Notes under the pieces: generated by a model
The model's database searches: none
Told to the model about the DNA's origin: nothing
The model's input: the letters and a program-made list of their open reading frames with translations, nothing else
From: Podarcis melisellensis
Lineage: Eukaryota
Reading direction: 5' to 3' (one strand)
Length of the DNA: 64,000 nucleotides
Assembly (NCBI GenBank): GCA_964234715.1
Contig: OZ174284.1
Position numbers and translations under genes: made by a program
In this document: piece by piece, positions 62,517 to 64,000 of the stretch
How positions within the stretch are numbered: the first letter of the stretch is position 1
Layout of the letters: each line of letters begins with the position of its first letter

Positions 62517-62758
62517 CAGTGGTACCTCGGGTTAAATACTTAATTCGTTCCGGAGGTCCGTTCTTAGCCTGAAACTGTTCTTAACCTGAGGTACCACTTT
62601 AGCTAATGGGGCCCCCCGCTGCCGCTGCGCCGCCAGAGCATGATTTCTGTTCTCATCCTGAAGCAAAGTTCTTAACCTGAGGCACTATTTCTGGGTTAGC
62701 GGAGTCTGTAACCTGAAGCAAATGTAACCTGAAGCGTATGTAACCCGAGGTACCACTG
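62517..62758. mobile_element. Tc1/mariner-type MITE
   Basis: TIRs CAGTGGTACCTCGGGTTA / TAACCCGAGGTACCACTG, TA TSD. Confidence 0.93.
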
Positions 62759-63502
62759 TATAGTGGATTGGACCATTGATCCACTGAGCTCAGTATTGTT
62801 TACAGTTACTAGCAGGATTGAATCTGGGGCCTTTGCCTGCAAGTAGGCATGGGTCTGCCACTGTCTTACCACTAACATCATAGCATAGCATTTACAGGGC
62901 GCATGTTCTTCTAACTGTGATAATGTATATTCCTCATATTTTAAAAAAGCAATTTCAGAGCTGCTCTTATCCATTGATGTTCTGCACTTTTGTGAAGTGA
63001 CGTTTTTCTCCTTAGAGTGCTGATCACTTTTCAGCCGTACATTTTCATTGTAGTAATGACATAACTGTAGTGGAGACTCCAGCTGCATGAACATATATAT
63101 AAACTTATGGAATCAGTGCAGGACTTCCTATCCAATGGGACTAAGTTTTTCTTCTCCATGGGTTGGAGTTGAGTTTGTCATTGTTTGCTCACTTACACAG
63201 AGGTCCCCAAAAGACAGTTTCCACTTCCTCCAGCTCTCTCTCCTATGACTCAATCTATTATTTTATTTAAATCATGAAAACAGCAAAATCATAGATTCTG
63301 ACAAATAAGGTACAGTAAAGTAAATGAGACATCTGTTTACAACTACTAACTGAAAGTGGCACAAGGTTGGACCCCATTAAATTTGGCTAAATGACTACTT
63401 AATCCATAGGCTTTCAAACTGGGGCGGGGTATTGTTTTGTGTTTGTTATTATGTTACGCGTTTTTGTGTTTTTATATTGTAAACCACAGTATAGTCATTT
63501 AA

Positions 63503-63654
63503 TGTTGTTGTTGTCATCACTTTATGTTGAGAGACAAGGAAGGAATGCACCTTTGGAAGTAAAGTCAAATCACTGGAGTCTTACAGCGCCCACTGTGGTT
63601 GTAGAGGTCGATACAGGAGAGACATGTTTTACTGCAGTTAGGGCAGGTGAAGGC
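63503..63654 (-). mobile_element. RTE-clade LINE 3' fragment (C-terminal zinc finger)
   Basis: Minus strand AFTCPNCSKTCLSCIDLYNHSGRC (CxxC...HxxxC) followed by a (CAA)n tail. Confidence 0.7.
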
Positions 63655-64000
63655 AAAATAATAATACCACTTCTTGAATCTGGATTACTAGCATATCCGC
63701 TTTCATTTAGTGGTCTAATACCTCCTCTTAATAGGAGCTAATTACATTGCAAGATGGTCTTTTGGACTGCTCCTTATTCGTGTAGGAAGACTTGTAAAGC
63801 CGTAATTGTCTTTGCACCTGAACCACAGAAATTGCTTTCCCTGGTTCTGCGTAACCAGTTCACTGTCCATTTGGGACACCTTATTAGTAATTACTCCTTC
63901 AGAATAAGACCCTTAAAAGTAGACCTATTAAGTCAAGTTATTTTACAGAATGTTTTAAAAGAAAGCTAGGAAAGCCTTTAAAACTTAAATAATTTAGTTT

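Overview
Vertebrate (squamate, probably lacertid lizard) intronic or intergenic DNA dominated by transposable elements. I could not confidently identify a host protein-coding exon; there is one candidate first exon near 29.4-29.7 kb. Bases 1-3545 (- strand) are the 5' part of an apparently intact, CpG-rich Ty3/Gypsy element of the Tf1/sushi (PEG10-related) type. It has a 767-bp LTR, gag with a CCHC knuckle, a G-GGA-AAC -1 frameshift signal with a downstream hairpin, and PR-RT-RNaseH open to the window edge. Instead of a tRNA primer site it has an 11-nt self-priming complementarity. Its U3 contains a ~210-codon open frame whose C-terminal motif recurs in a divergent solo LTR at 50.8 kb. Other highlights: a ~1.06-kb near-perfect palindrome from a Penelope-like element with a hammerhead-like motif in each arm (16.2-17.3 kb); a 562-bp hAT MITE with CpG-island-like cargo (polyQ/polyP frame plus a kB/ISRE/CRE/GC-box cluster, 60.3-60.9 kb); a fold-back BovB insertion; and a BovB fragment inside a Sauria SINE tail. 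The rest is Sauria SINEs, RTE/BovB, L1, L2 and CR1 3' fragments, Tc1/mariner-type MITEs, solo LTRs and microsatellites. Most entries in the ORF track are incidental or antisense to these repeats.
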